From sequence record NC_048195.1: a stretch of 64,000 nt of DNA, one strand, 5' to 3'. Shown piece after piece: positions 36,311 through 45,518 of the stretch. Within the stretch, counting starts at the first letter, position 1. The number at the start of each line of letters is the position of its first letter. This stretch comes from Escherichia phage vB_EcoM_WFC. Made by a program: the position numbers and the translations under genes. Under the pieces are notes generated by a model, which saw only the letters and a program-made list of their open reading frames with translations, was not told where the DNA came from and ran no database searches.

Positions 36311-39194
36311 CTGGATACACCTGTTTGATAACGTCGACGATGAACATATCAATGCCTTCAAGCTTGCGGCCTTTCATCAGGAAGAATGCACCGTTCCCGA
36401 CGTTCTCTGCGATGTACTTCCCGTATTTCTGGAACTTCTCTGGGCGAATCCTGAAGCGCATTGGCGAGTCGGTTGAGTCATCCTTGCACATAAGGTCGAT
36501 GAACTGAGTCTCAAGCTTGTTTCCATACTGGTCAAACTCTGCGTAGCGACCATCAGCTTGAAGACCCTTTTTAAGTTTGCCGTGCTTTGTGTAAATGCCG
36601 CGCTCAAGACGTTTACGGATGCGTGTTGCTTCGTTCTCGTCTGCCAGCACTTTCTTGGTCAGTTTGCCGATTACTATTGCACGCTCATCATCGCCTACTT
36701 CCTTCATCTGGCGTATTGAAGCGCCGGAAGTGACGCCAATAAGATATGGGTCATTATATGCCCAGCCGAACTTGGTGTGCATCTCTGTAAGGTCGCCGTA
36801 TTTGACTTCAGCATTGGCCAATGCATCCTTCTGCTTTTGCGTTAAGGTTCCGGCTTCACGTGCTTCGATGTACTTCATCGCCTTCACCATTCCGTACCCT
36901 TTAGCGTTCATGATGCCGCCGATTAGCTTTCCGTTAGCGATGGTCCAGTTCATTGAAGAGTGATCAGGGTCGATTGGCACATAATCCACGCCTTCCTTCG
37001 CAAGTTCACGTAATATCGCAATCGTCTGGTCTTCGTCCTTAGCAGCGCGTAAGCAAGCAGCGGCAAATTCCAACGGGTAGTGTCGTTTAAGCCACAAGGT
37101 CCAGTAGGTCACGACCGCGTATGACACGGAGTGTGACTTGTTAAAGCCCCATGACCCGAACGTCGCCATCGCCTGCCAAAGCTTTCTTGCATCCGCTTCC
37201 GGTACGCCATTATTTATTGCGCCTGCAACGAAGTCTTCGCCAAGCTTGTTAAAGTATTCCTCACCCTTACGGCCTGACATCGCCTTACGTACAGCGGATG
37301 TTTTCGCCCAGTCAAATGAACCAATCTCTTTAACCACGGCCATGATTTGCTCTTGGTAAAGAAACACGCCGTAAGTCTCTTTTAAGTACGGCTCAAGCTG
37401 CGGCACATCATACTCAATCGGTGCACGCCCTGCCGCGCGTTCGATGTATTTCTGGGCCATACCGGATGACAACGGGCCAGGTCGACCAAGTGCTGTCAGG
37501 TTATCGATTTTGTTAAAGTTATCAACGTGCACAAAGTTGGTTACTGAGCGTACAGCGTCACCTTCAAACTGGAAGATGCCTGACATTTTGTTTTCGTTAA
37601 GGATGTCAAGGACGCTTTGATCATCAAGCTTGATTCCGTACAGCGTTTCAGCATCTATCACGCCAGTATCAGAAATGATGCCGAGGGTACGAAGGCCCAA
37701 CGCATCAAGCTTCAAAAGGTTAAGGTATTCGCTGTCAGGCTTATCAATTTGCGCAATCCCTTCTGCAGTTACAGTACAGTAATCAGAGATTGGGTCATTA
37801 CACACAATGATTCCCGCTGCGTGAACACCTGTGTGAGACGGGTGAATCTCAAGGTCACCCATGCAACGCGCGGCGTCAGGATATTTCGCCACGAACTCTT
37901 GACCCGTGGTCGTTGTTGCAAAGGTATCCTCCAGGCCGTGACCATAACGGGCGTCACCGGATGAGTATTCAAGCAGTGCGTTTTTAATGTTGGCCGTTTC
38001 GTGGTATCCAATGTTGAACTTCTTACCAACCTGCGCCATTACTGAGTTGGCCTTAAGCGTGTTGATGTTGCCAAGCTTTGCAACGTTCATTTCGCCGTAT
38101 TTCTCTTTAAGATAATCAAACACCATATAGCGTTTGGTATCTTCAAAGTCGATGTCGATGTCAGGAAGGTCGGCGCGGCTTACGTCGATGAATCGGGCAA
38201 ACAGCAGCTTATACGGTATTGGGTCCACTTCCGTGATGCCGAGGCAATAGCAAACAAGTGAACCAGCCGATGAGCCGCGTGCAGGACCGACAAGCATTTT
38301 TGTTTTTGCGAATCGTACAAGGTCGGCTACTACCAGAAAGTATGAGTCGAAATCTTTCAGCTGAATCTGGTGAATTTCTTCGTTGAAGCGGTCCTCATAT
38401 TCCTGAGTCCATTCTTTGATGTGACCTGCTTTTAGACGGTACTCCATCCCCTCGCGAGCAAGCTTTACCATGTCACCAGCAAGGTGAATAATCGGTGCCT
38501 TACGCAATTTCAAGTCAAGTCCGACTATGCCGTTTGCTATGTCAACAGCATTGGCCGTTGCCTGATTGAGCTCATCTTCAGTCAAGATGCCTTTAAGCTG
38601 TTTGCGCAAGTCTTCCACGTCAACGATGCAATGCGGCTTCACAGTGTCGCGAACTTCCCAAGCATAAGCGAAGTCAACGTGCTCAGGAGAAGGCATGTGA
38701 TTGTATCCGGTTAAAACCAGCGGCCTTCCACCGCTACGATGAGCCAATGCCTGGCGCTTTGCCAAAAGGAACGATGATGGGTTGACGTCTATATAGTCGT
38801 AGTCCTCTGGCCGCAGCAGCTCCACGGCACCGCCACAGAATTTAACGACGCCATCGAGCGCCCCGAACTCTGCACGGGTAAGTCCACCGCGCTGCGTTGC
38901 AAGTGTTGTAGCGTTGTAAAAAGATTTTAAGTCAAGGGCCAATATCCAAGCCTTCGGTTTGAATCCCTTTTTCGGGTCCGCATCAGGGTCGATGATTGGA
39001 ATCTCCATCCCAAACATAGGCTTAATATCATTTTTCTGGCATTCCTTTTCCCAGCGAACGTGACCCCATGTATTGTTATCAACTAATGCCGCGACTTCGC
39101 AGCCCAACTCTTTGAGCCGTGCTATAATTTCAGGATGCCGTCCATAAACTTCTTTGAACGTGTAACCGCTGCGAACTCTCAATTGTGGAAACAT
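36291..39194 (-). CDS. DNA polymerase III alpha-like (DnaE-type) replicative polymerase
   Basis: 967 aa; N-terminal PHP-like domain (LRVRSGYTFKEVYG ... IKPMFGMEI) followed by polymerase core. Confidence 0.85.
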   Translation of the reverse strand: MFPQLRVRSGYTFKEVYGRHPEIIARLKELGCEVAALVDNNTWGHVRWEKECQKNDIKPMFGMEIPIIDPDADPKKGFKPKAWILALDLKSFYNATTLATQRGGLTRAEFGALDGVVKFCGGAVELLRPEDYDYIDVNPSSFLLAKRQALAHRSGGRPLVLTGYNHMPSPEHVDFAYAWEVRDTVKPHCIVDVEDLRKQLKGILTEDELNQATANAVDIANGIVGLDLKLRKAPIIHLAGDMVKLAREGMEYRLKAGHIKEWTQEYEDRFNEEIHQIQLKDFDSYFLVVADLVRFAKTKMLVGPARGSSAGSLVCYCLGITEVDPIPYKLLFARFIDVSRADLPDIDIDFEDTKRYMVFDYLKEKYGEMNVAKLGNINTLKANSVMAQVGKKFNIGYHETANIKNALLEYSSGDARYGHGLEDTFATTTTGQEFVAKYPDAARCMGDLEIHPSHTGVHAAGIIVCNDPISDYCTVTAEGIAQIDKPDSEYLNLLKLDALGLRTLGIISDTGVIDAETLYGIKLDDQSVLDILNENKMSGIFQFEGDAVRSVTNFVHVDNFNKIDNLTALGRPGPLSSGMAQKYIERAAGRAPIEYDVPQLEPYLKETYGVFLYQEQIMAVVKEIGSFDWAKTSAVRKAMSGRKGEEYFNKLGEDFVAGAINNGVPEADARKLWQAMATFGSWGFNKSHSVSYAVVTYWTLWLKRHYPLEFAAACLRAAKDEDQTIAILRELAKEGVDYVPIDPDHSSMNWTIANGKLIGGIMNAKGYGMVKAMKYIEAREAGTLTQKQKDALANAEVKYGDLTEMHTKFGWAYNDPYLIGVTSGASIRQMKEVGDDERAIVIGKLTKKVLADENEATRIRKRLERGIYTKHGKLKKGLQADGRYAEFDQYGNKLETQFIDLMCKDDSTDSPMRFRIRPEKFQKYGKYIAENVGNGAFFLMKGRKLEGIDMFIVDVIKQVYPDGNKQP

Positions 39195-39736
39195 TATTTA
39201 CTCCAGATGTCATATACGCCAATTTGTTGGCAGACTTTGTGCAGTAATATTACGTCGTCTAATGCACGGTGCTTCTGTTCATATTTTCCGAAATATAATT
39301 CATACAGCTCTTGAAGCTTAACTCTTCGGCCAAAAATAGGCAAGGTTTGCTCAACTGTACATATGTTTATTTCTGGAAAATTAACATCATCAAGCGTAAG
39401 TCCTTCGCGCTGTAGTGCATAATCAAGAATGTTTTTATCGAACGCATGGTTGTGCGCGATAGTTGCATCAGTCTTCTTGAAGATTTCTTTTAGCTGCGGG
39501 ACGAAATTGATGAACGGTGGATTGCACTCAAGATCTTCATTTGTTAATCCGGTAATCTTTGTGATAATTTCTTCAATCACGATTTCAGGATTAATTATGA
39601 ATTCAAACGTTTCAAGAATCTCTTTGCCGTCTGTCAGCAAGCCTGCAAATTCAATAGGGCGCGGCTGCATCCCAAGCGGCGCTTTCGGGTGCACGGTCAA
39701 TCCGGTTGTTTCGAAGTCATAAGGGAGAAATAACAC
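39194..39736 (-). CDS. DnaQ-like 3'-5' exonuclease (proofreading subunit)
   Basis: 180 aa; Exo I YDFETTGL, Exo II HNHAFD, Exo III HRALDD. Confidence 0.85.
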   Translation of the reverse strand: MLFLPYDFETTGLTVHPKAPLGMQPRPIEFAGLLTDGKEILETFEFIINPEIVIEEIITKITGLTNEDLECNPPFINFVPQLKEIFKKTDATIAHNHAFDKNILDYALQREGLTLDDVNFPEINICTVEQTLPIFGRRVKLQELYELYFGKYEQKHRALDDVILLHKVCQQIGVYDIWSK

Positions 39737-39790
39737 ATTAGCCTCCTACAAAAAGGCCGCCCATTAGGACGGCCACAGATTCACGATTCG

Positions 39791-40342
39791 TTATACAGTG
39801 TACGGAGTACCGTCTTGATTCAAGCGCACGATAAACTTCAAATCAACGCCGATGATTTCACGCGTATCAAAGATCACATAGTTGTAACGACGTTGACCAG
39901 CAATGTTTGGGTTGGTGTGAGAGTCGGTCACAACTTCCTGCGCAACCTGAATGCCTTCTTCTTTAAAGAACTTGCGCCATTCAGCAAGTTCAGCGGCAGT
40001 CACGTGCATACCAAGATGGCTAACCTGATTGTCGTGCGCATCGATGTATTCGATGTTTTCGTGAATCCAGTTGCAACCTTTTGTATAGTCAAGAATTTCA
40101 AGCTCAAGAGGCTTACCAGCGCCGCCATCGGTGCCGTTGCCAGCCTGATAGTTGAAGCGCAAGTCAGCTTCGTTGGTGCAATCGCCGCGCTGACCCTTAA
40201 AGACATCAGCTTCAAATACGCGACCAGTAGCAACAACGTGATCATGGAACCATTCTGTCAGGCCGATTTTAGCCAGGAAATTCTGTGCGCGCTGAGCACC
40301 TGGAATTGACAGGGCGATTTGTTCAATTTTAAAATGTGGCAT
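39791..40342 (-). CDS. hypothetical protein (183 aa), possibly glyoxalase/VOC-like fold
   Basis: Weak His/Glu pattern only; low-confidence fold guess. Confidence 0.4.
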   Translation of the reverse strand: MPHFKIEQIALSIPGAQRAQNFLAKIGLTEWFHDHVVATGRVFEADVFKGQRGDCTNEADLRFNYQAGNGTDGGAGKPLELEILDYTKGCNWIHENIEYIDAHDNQVSHLGMHVTAAELAEWRKFFKEEGIQVAQEVVTDSHTNPNIAGQRRYNYVIFDTREIIGVDLKFIVRLNQDGTPYTV

Positions 40343-40438
40343 TTTGTTTCCTTAATTAAATATTATTGATTAATTACTGTGTTGTCTTCGTCCTGTTTCT
40401 TTTCAGGAGCGGGTGTGACAACTTCAAATGTTCGTGAT

Positions 40439-41122
40439 TTATTTACCAAATGGAATATCAGTGCCAGACATAAAGCGCCATGCGCCCGTAATTAAGATAT
40501 GGCGAATGAAGTCAGCAATTACTTGCGGCTCAGTCTCCAATCCATTCATCAATGCCTTTTTCTGGTATTCAGCGGCGTATTCAGGAGTCCAGCCGCGAGT
40601 CGCGCAAACGGCATCTTCAATCTGTTTAGACATGCCAGTGCCGCGCAACTTGTTAGGACTAATAGAGAATACCGTGATGCCGTACTTAGGCGTAAGTTCG
40701 TGAGCCATCTGCTTGCTGATCATAAGCGCAGCAGCCTTGGATGCATTATAACATAAGCTGGACGTCATAGGAATATGCGCAGCGTTGGAAACGATGTTGA
40801 TCACAAAGCCTTTGTTGTCGATAAGACTTTTCAGCGCAGCCTGAGTCGTGTTAACGAAAGAGAATGCGTTGGTGTGCATAACGCGGTTAAACTCTTCATA
40901 GTTTACATCTTCAAACCAATTGTTAGAGTTGACACCAGCACAGTTGATCAAGCCTTCAACATCATATGGGCTTAAAATTTCTTTCATCTGTTTAGCATCG
41001 CGGACGTCATATCCGTATGCTGAATCGATGCCAAGCACGTTATGACCGTAAGCGCCAAGGGTGTCAAAAATAGATTTACCAAGACCGGAATTGGAACCTG
41101 TTACAACAATTACTTTTTTCAT
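40439..41122 (-). CDS. short-chain dehydrogenase/reductase (SDR) family oxidoreductase
   Basis: 227 aa; TGSNSGLG cofactor-binding motif and YNASK catalytic YxxxK. Confidence 0.8.
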   Translation of the reverse strand: MKKVIVVTGSNSGLGKSIFDTLGAYGHNVLGIDSAYGYDVRDAKQMKEILSPYDVEGLINCAGVNSNNWFEDVNYEEFNRVMHTNAFSFVNTTQAALKSLIDNKGFVINIVSNAAHIPMTSSLCYNASKAAALMISKQMAHELTPKYGITVFSISPNKLRGTGMSKQIEDAVCATRGWTPEYAAEYQKKALMNGLETEPQVIADFIRHILITGAWRFMSGTDIPFGK

Positions 41123-41188
41123 TTATTTATCCTTTTTTGGACTTCGTTTCGATGAGGTAAATATAACTCATCGAAACGCACAAGTAAA

Positions 41189-42064
41189 CTATTTATTGAA
41201 ATTAATATTATGGGTGTTGACAAGACGTTCACACATGGCGCTATAAACACCATCATCGTGTATCGAGTCTTCATGCTTCAGGCCGCTGATTGCGAAGCGT
41301 GTAAGCTTGACAATCTTAAGCTCGAACAGGTGCCACATGTGGTAGTCTTCCGGTGTCTTCAACGTTACGCCATTAGGGAACAACACCTGCATAACCTGAC
41401 CTACCATCACAGCGTTATCGCCATAAACGGCATTGCGCTCACGGAAGGTCGCGGCCATCGCATCAAGAATATCAGCAGCGGTTGCTGGGGCTTGTTGTTC
41501 AACTTCAACAAGTTTAGTCTCTTCTTTCCCTGTTGCACTTGGATCAACTGCTAATTGTTGCACCACTTCACCTGCCTTGCAAAGATTAAATGTAAAGGCG
41601 ATTTTATTTTGCGCCATGGAATTATAATGCAAAGCTTCTTCTTGCATCCGCGCGAGTACGTCTTGTCTATCTTCAAATACGTTGATTATTCGATAATCGC
41701 CGTGTCGCAATACATACGATAACCATGCAGATTTCATAACAGTTGATGGACGCTTGTCGCCATGTTCTCTCATCTTGATTGTGAATTCATCAAAAGGGAA
41801 AACGTTGTCCAGACGTTCAAAAGTGACTTGTCTGTATTTTTCTGGTCTTGCAGTCCAATATTCAACCGCCTCACCGCGAAGTGATGCCGTCTCTACTGCT
41901 GACGCAATGTTAGGATAGAACTGATCATAACCAATGCCGCTGTGGTAATCATCATAGTCGGACAACGGGCCTGCCACCCTGATACGGTCTAAGCGCCAAC
42001 GGTCATCAAACAGAGTTCCGTCAAGGTCGAATACGTTTAAGATTTGGTTATTTTTGATACTCAT
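41189..42064 (-). CDS. HAD-superfamily phosphatase fused to an unknown C-terminal domain
   Basis: 291 aa; N-terminal FDLDGTLFDD (DxDxT) motif; C-terminal ~130 aa unassigned. Confidence 0.65.
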   Translation of the reverse strand: MSIKNNQILNVFDLDGTLFDDRWRLDRIRVAGPLSDYDDYHSGIGYDQFYPNIASAVETASLRGEAVEYWTARPEKYRQVTFERLDNVFPFDEFTIKMREHGDKRPSTVMKSAWLSYVLRHGDYRIINVFEDRQDVLARMQEEALHYNSMAQNKIAFTFNLCKAGEVVQQLAVDPSATGKEETKLVEVEQQAPATAADILDAMAATFRERNAVYGDNAVMVGQVMQVLFPNGVTLKTPEDYHMWHLFELKIVKLTRFAISGLKHEDSIHDDGVYSAMCERLVNTHNINFNK

Positions 42065-42864
42065 CCTTTTGATACTCCATCTTTGGCAACTGGATTATTG
42101 GTGATTGGCATCGCATCCCAAAACTGGATGCGCAACTCTTCTTGCTGTGCAGTGGTATCCATCCAATCACGATACCATGGGCAATGGGCCTTACCGTGAC
42201 GAGGAAATGCGCACTTACCCATACCGATGCACTGCGGCTGTAGTAAAGGATTGGCCCACGGGTGCACCTTAAGGACTTCCGCAACCATTGCACGGAATAC
42301 TTCTTGATACTCGCCTTGAGTACGCGTGCACAAGCGGTTAGAGGCCATTTGTTGTAGAGTGCGCAAGTTGAACTTTGCCATGATATGCGTTTGCATATTA
42401 GAAGGCAACACGGCACGTGCATCTTGAATCTCTGCGCCAGCCGCGCGAAGTTCTTGGTATAGGGCGTCAATGGTTGCCATTGCATCATCCCATTTCTCTG
42501 CCAGTTCAGCAGCCTTCTCGTCATGACGAGTCCATCCCTTTGGATCATCCTCTGGGTAAGTAAATTTGGCAGGACGAATCGCATCAAACGCTGATGACTC
42601 TTGAGCGCGGCTTGTGCGTTCTTGATATGCACCTGTTCGTGTGCGCACCATCTGATGAGTCATATTCTTTGATACATCAGTGATGTCAAAGATATAGTCA
42701 ACAAAGTCGAAAGGTGACTTGATGGTGTCAAGCATGTAGCGCCAGTGCTCTTGCTTCTCTGATTCTGTCATCTCAGAGACGGGCTTGCCAGTCATGCGCG
42801 TGTTCTTTGTTTCCAGCAAAAGGTCAAGTGCATCTTGGGTGTATCGAATTAATTCAACTTTCAT
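42061..42864 (-). CDS. flavin-dependent thymidylate synthase (ThyX)-like protein with divergent signature motif
   Basis: 267 aa; SPFDFVDYIFDI ... VRTRTGAYQERTSR parallels the ThyX region around the RHRxxxxxxxS motif, but His is replaced (RTR) and the distal residues differ. Confidence 0.6.
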   Translation of the reverse strand: MKVELIRYTQDALDLLLETKNTRMTGKPVSEMTESEKQEHWRYMLDTIKSPFDFVDYIFDITDVSKNMTHQMVRTRTGAYQERTSRAQESSAFDAIRPAKFTYPEDDPKGWTRHDEKAAELAEKWDDAMATIDALYQELRAAGAEIQDARAVLPSNMQTHIMAKFNLRTLQQMASNRLCTRTQGEYQEVFRAMVAEVLKVHPWANPLLQPQCIGMGKCAFPRHGKAHCPWYRDWMDTTAQQEELRIQFWDAMPITNNPVAKDGVSKG

Positions 42865-42877
42865 TTTAATTATCCTA

Positions 42878-43324
42878 TTAACGGTAGTTAACTAGTTGCT
42901 GATCACCAGAGAAGGTGCAATGATAAACGAATTGTGCGTTATAAAGCAACTGAAAACTTTTCTTTGGTTCATTATTAGAACTCATTGATGTAAAGATTTC
43001 TGCACCAGAACGGTTTTCACCAATAAGGTTGATAAAGCCGCCAGTTGAACGAGGTTGGACGAAAGTGAAACGTTGCATCCACGGAGTGCGGTTGGCACCT
43101 TTCCCTGTGAATCCCTGAATCTGAATATTCAGACCTTCTTGCTCGTTCACACCGATGTAAGTGGTAATTGTTGCGCCAGTCGTCGCTGCAGTCTTGCCGT
43201 CCATCGCTTCGCAATCGTAAACAGCGATTGAATCGGAAGTACGGACAGCGGCTTCAGTCGCTTCCATATACATGGTTCCGAGAATAGCAGTTGCGGCAAG
43301 CGCGATTCCAGTGATGCGTTTCAT
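42878..43324 (-). CDS. secreted protein with N-terminal signal peptide
   Basis: 148 aa; MKRITGIALAATAILGTMYMEA then polar mature part. Confidence 0.45.
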   Translation of the reverse strand: MKRITGIALAATAILGTMYMEATEAAVRTSDSIAVYDCEAMDGKTAATTGATITTYIGVNEQEGLNIQIQGFTGKGANRTPWMQRFTFVQPRSTGGFINLIGENRSGAEIFTSMSSNNEPKKSFQLLYNAQFVYHCTFSGDQQLVNYR

Positions 43325-43389
43325 TTTCGTTTCCTCTATGAGTTCTGCTTCAATGATTAAAGTATACGCCCATTGAAGCAGAAAGCAAA

Positions 43390-44385
43390 TTATTTATTAG
43401 CAATATAAGCAAATTTTTGATAGTTATTTGCTTTGATGAGTTTTTCAACTTCAGCAAGGTCATGGGCGACGTCATCAAGCAAAATGTTTCGCCAAGTAGC
43501 GAATCGACCGACACTAAATACGTTCAAATCCATGGTCAGTTGCAGGAGTAGGGCGTGTCGTAAGTCTTTCGGAATGTCGACAATCTTGCCATACTTCTGG
43601 TCAACCTTTTCAACTTCTTCAAGAGCGATGTCACTCCATGAGAGGCCAAAAGCCGTCAATACTTCGTCAACTTCTGCACGCAACTTAATGTCACGGTAAC
43701 GAGTAATGCCGCCAGCGGCTTCAACTGCGGCTTCACTTACGCTAACCAAAGGAATTGTTTCAATGATCAGCGTGTCACCAGTGATTGATGCGCGGTAAGT
43801 TCTGACGGAGTAGTCAGGAAAGTAAATGGTTTGATACAGTTCACACTTGCGTTTAATCTTAAAGCGGTAAACACGAATGTTTGCCTTATCGAATGAGAAA
43901 TCAATCTTTTGATCAATCCCAGCAAGCTTCATCATGACTGGCAGCGGCGATGTGTTGATGATTGGCGTCTCGCTATAGCCGCAAAGCGTGTCGACCGGAG
44001 TATTAAAGAATATACGGTCACCCAGTTTATCGACAAGCTGATCATAAAAGTCATCAGGCGCAATATAACGCGTTGCAGTTTTAAGCTTCATGATTGAACG
44101 GCTGCCAAACTGATTGGTGACCTTCATGGAATACATATTGGCAAGGTTGATTGGGCAATGGTCGTGATAGTAGTTACCGCGAAAATACACAGCCTTGTCA
44201 ACTGTCACGGCCTTAAAAGGGATTCCGGTAATACGGCTTACTTCTTCGCCGCGAAAGCGTAGCAGTGCCTTGTGCTGTGGCGCTCGCTCCCCTGCTTCGT
44301 ACACAATAGAGTTCGGGAAGTGACACGCGGTAATAAGTCCTGCCAAACCGCCGCCGATAATCATTACAGGTTGTTTCATGTTCAT
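43390..44385 (-). CDS. FAD/NAD(P)-binding oxidoreductase
   Basis: 331 aa; N-terminal dinucleotide-binding motif VMIIGGGLAGL. Confidence 0.7.
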   Translation of the reverse strand: MNMKQPVMIIGGGLAGLITACHFPNSIVYEAGERAPQHKALLRFRGEEVSRITGIPFKAVTVDKAVYFRGNYYHDHCPINLANMYSMKVTNQFGSRSIMKLKTATRYIAPDDFYDQLVDKLGDRIFFNTPVDTLCGYSETPIINTSPLPVMMKLAGIDQKIDFSFDKANIRVYRFKIKRKCELYQTIYFPDYSVRTYRASITGDTLIIETIPLVSVSEAAVEAAGGITRYRDIKLRAEVDEVLTAFGLSWSDIALEEVEKVDQKYGKIVDIPKDLRHALLLQLTMDLNVFSVGRFATWRNILLDDVAHDLAEVEKLIKANNYQKFAYIANK

Positions 44386-44519
44386 TTGTCCTTTGTGGGT
44401 GATATGAGAAGTATAATAGCTAAATTATTTTACAGCAACAAGTCATTTCTATTTAGTACAGACGAAAAAAGACCCACAACAAGTGTGGGTCAATTACCGC
44501 TATATAACCGTCCTACAGG

Positions 44520-45365
44520 TTATTCCGCTTGATCACCGTCTTCAGCATCGTCGTTGGATTCAACATCGACAAACTCGATGTGGCCCATCTCTTCCAGCTT
44601 GCTCAGGTAGGAGCGAACGGAAGCGCCAAACAGTTGATCTTTAACTTTTTCGCCCAGCTCATCGATAGACTGTGCCACACCAACTTCGCCTTCTTTGATC
44701 GCCGCCAGAACGCGTCCACGGGTGGAATGCTCTTGCGGCTGGCTCAGGCCATTGCCAGTGTAGATGAAGTGAGTGGCTTTTGCACGACGCTGACCGTTTG
44801 CCTTTTTAGCAGCCTTACGTTCTGCGATGGCTTTGCGACGTTCTTCAGCTTCTTTCTTACGCTGTTCTTTCTGCTGTTCTGCAGCTTCTTTCGCCGCAAT
44901 CTTAGCAGCTTCACGCTCTGCCTTGCGTTTCGCTTTAGCTTCTTCTTTGGCCTTCTCTTTTTCGGCCTTCGCTGCAGCACGGGCTTGATCACGCTCTGCT
45001 TTCTTGGCCGCAGCCTGCTCAGCTTTCAGGCGCTTGGCTTCTTCTTTAGCCTTTGCCTTTTCGATTTCTTTTGCTGCTTTAGCGGCTTCACGCTCTGCTT
45101 TCTTAGCAGCAGCCTTTTCTGCACGCTCTTTAGCTTTCTTAGCTGCTTCTTCAGCACGCTTCTGAGCCTTCTCATCAGCAGCCTGCTTGCGTTTCAGCGC
45201 AGCTTCTTCACGCTTGGCTTGTTTTTCCTGCTCACGCTTCTGGCGTTTTTCTTCGGCTTCTTTCTTTTTAGCCAGGCGTTTTTCTTCAGCCACGCGACGA
45301 CGTTCTGCTGCGGCTGCTTGTTTTTCTTCTTTAGATAATACTTTGATTGCTTCGGCCATATTCAC
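44520..45365 (-). CDS. highly charged Lys/Glu/Ala-rich protein (predicted long single alpha-helix) with small C-terminal domain
   Basis: 281 aa; about 200 residues of KAEKEAAKKA-type low complexity, then an ~80 aa globular tail and acidic end. Confidence 0.55.
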   Translation of the reverse strand: MNMAEAIKVLSKEEKQAAAAERRRVAEEKRLAKKKEAEEKRQKREQEKQAKREEAALKRKQAADEKAQKRAEEAAKKAKERAEKAAAKKAEREAAKAAKEIEKAKAKEEAKRLKAEQAAAKKAERDQARAAAKAEKEKAKEEAKAKRKAEREAAKIAAKEAAEQQKEQRKKEAEERRKAIAERKAAKKANGQRRAKATHFIYTGNGLSQPQEHSTRGRVLAAIKEGEVGVAQSIDELGEKVKDQLFGASVRSYLSKLEEMGHIEFVDVESNDDAEDGDQAE

Positions 45366-45518
45366 AGTCCTTAAATAAATTAGTTTATTTTATATTCCCC
45401 GTTTGGGATAACTTAATTATGCCTTCAGTCGCCGCCAGTAGCAACTAAAAACTATGGCGGCAATGCCACTTTAATTAAACTGATTTTCAGTTTTATTTTT
45501 CGTAAATTTACGTCAACA

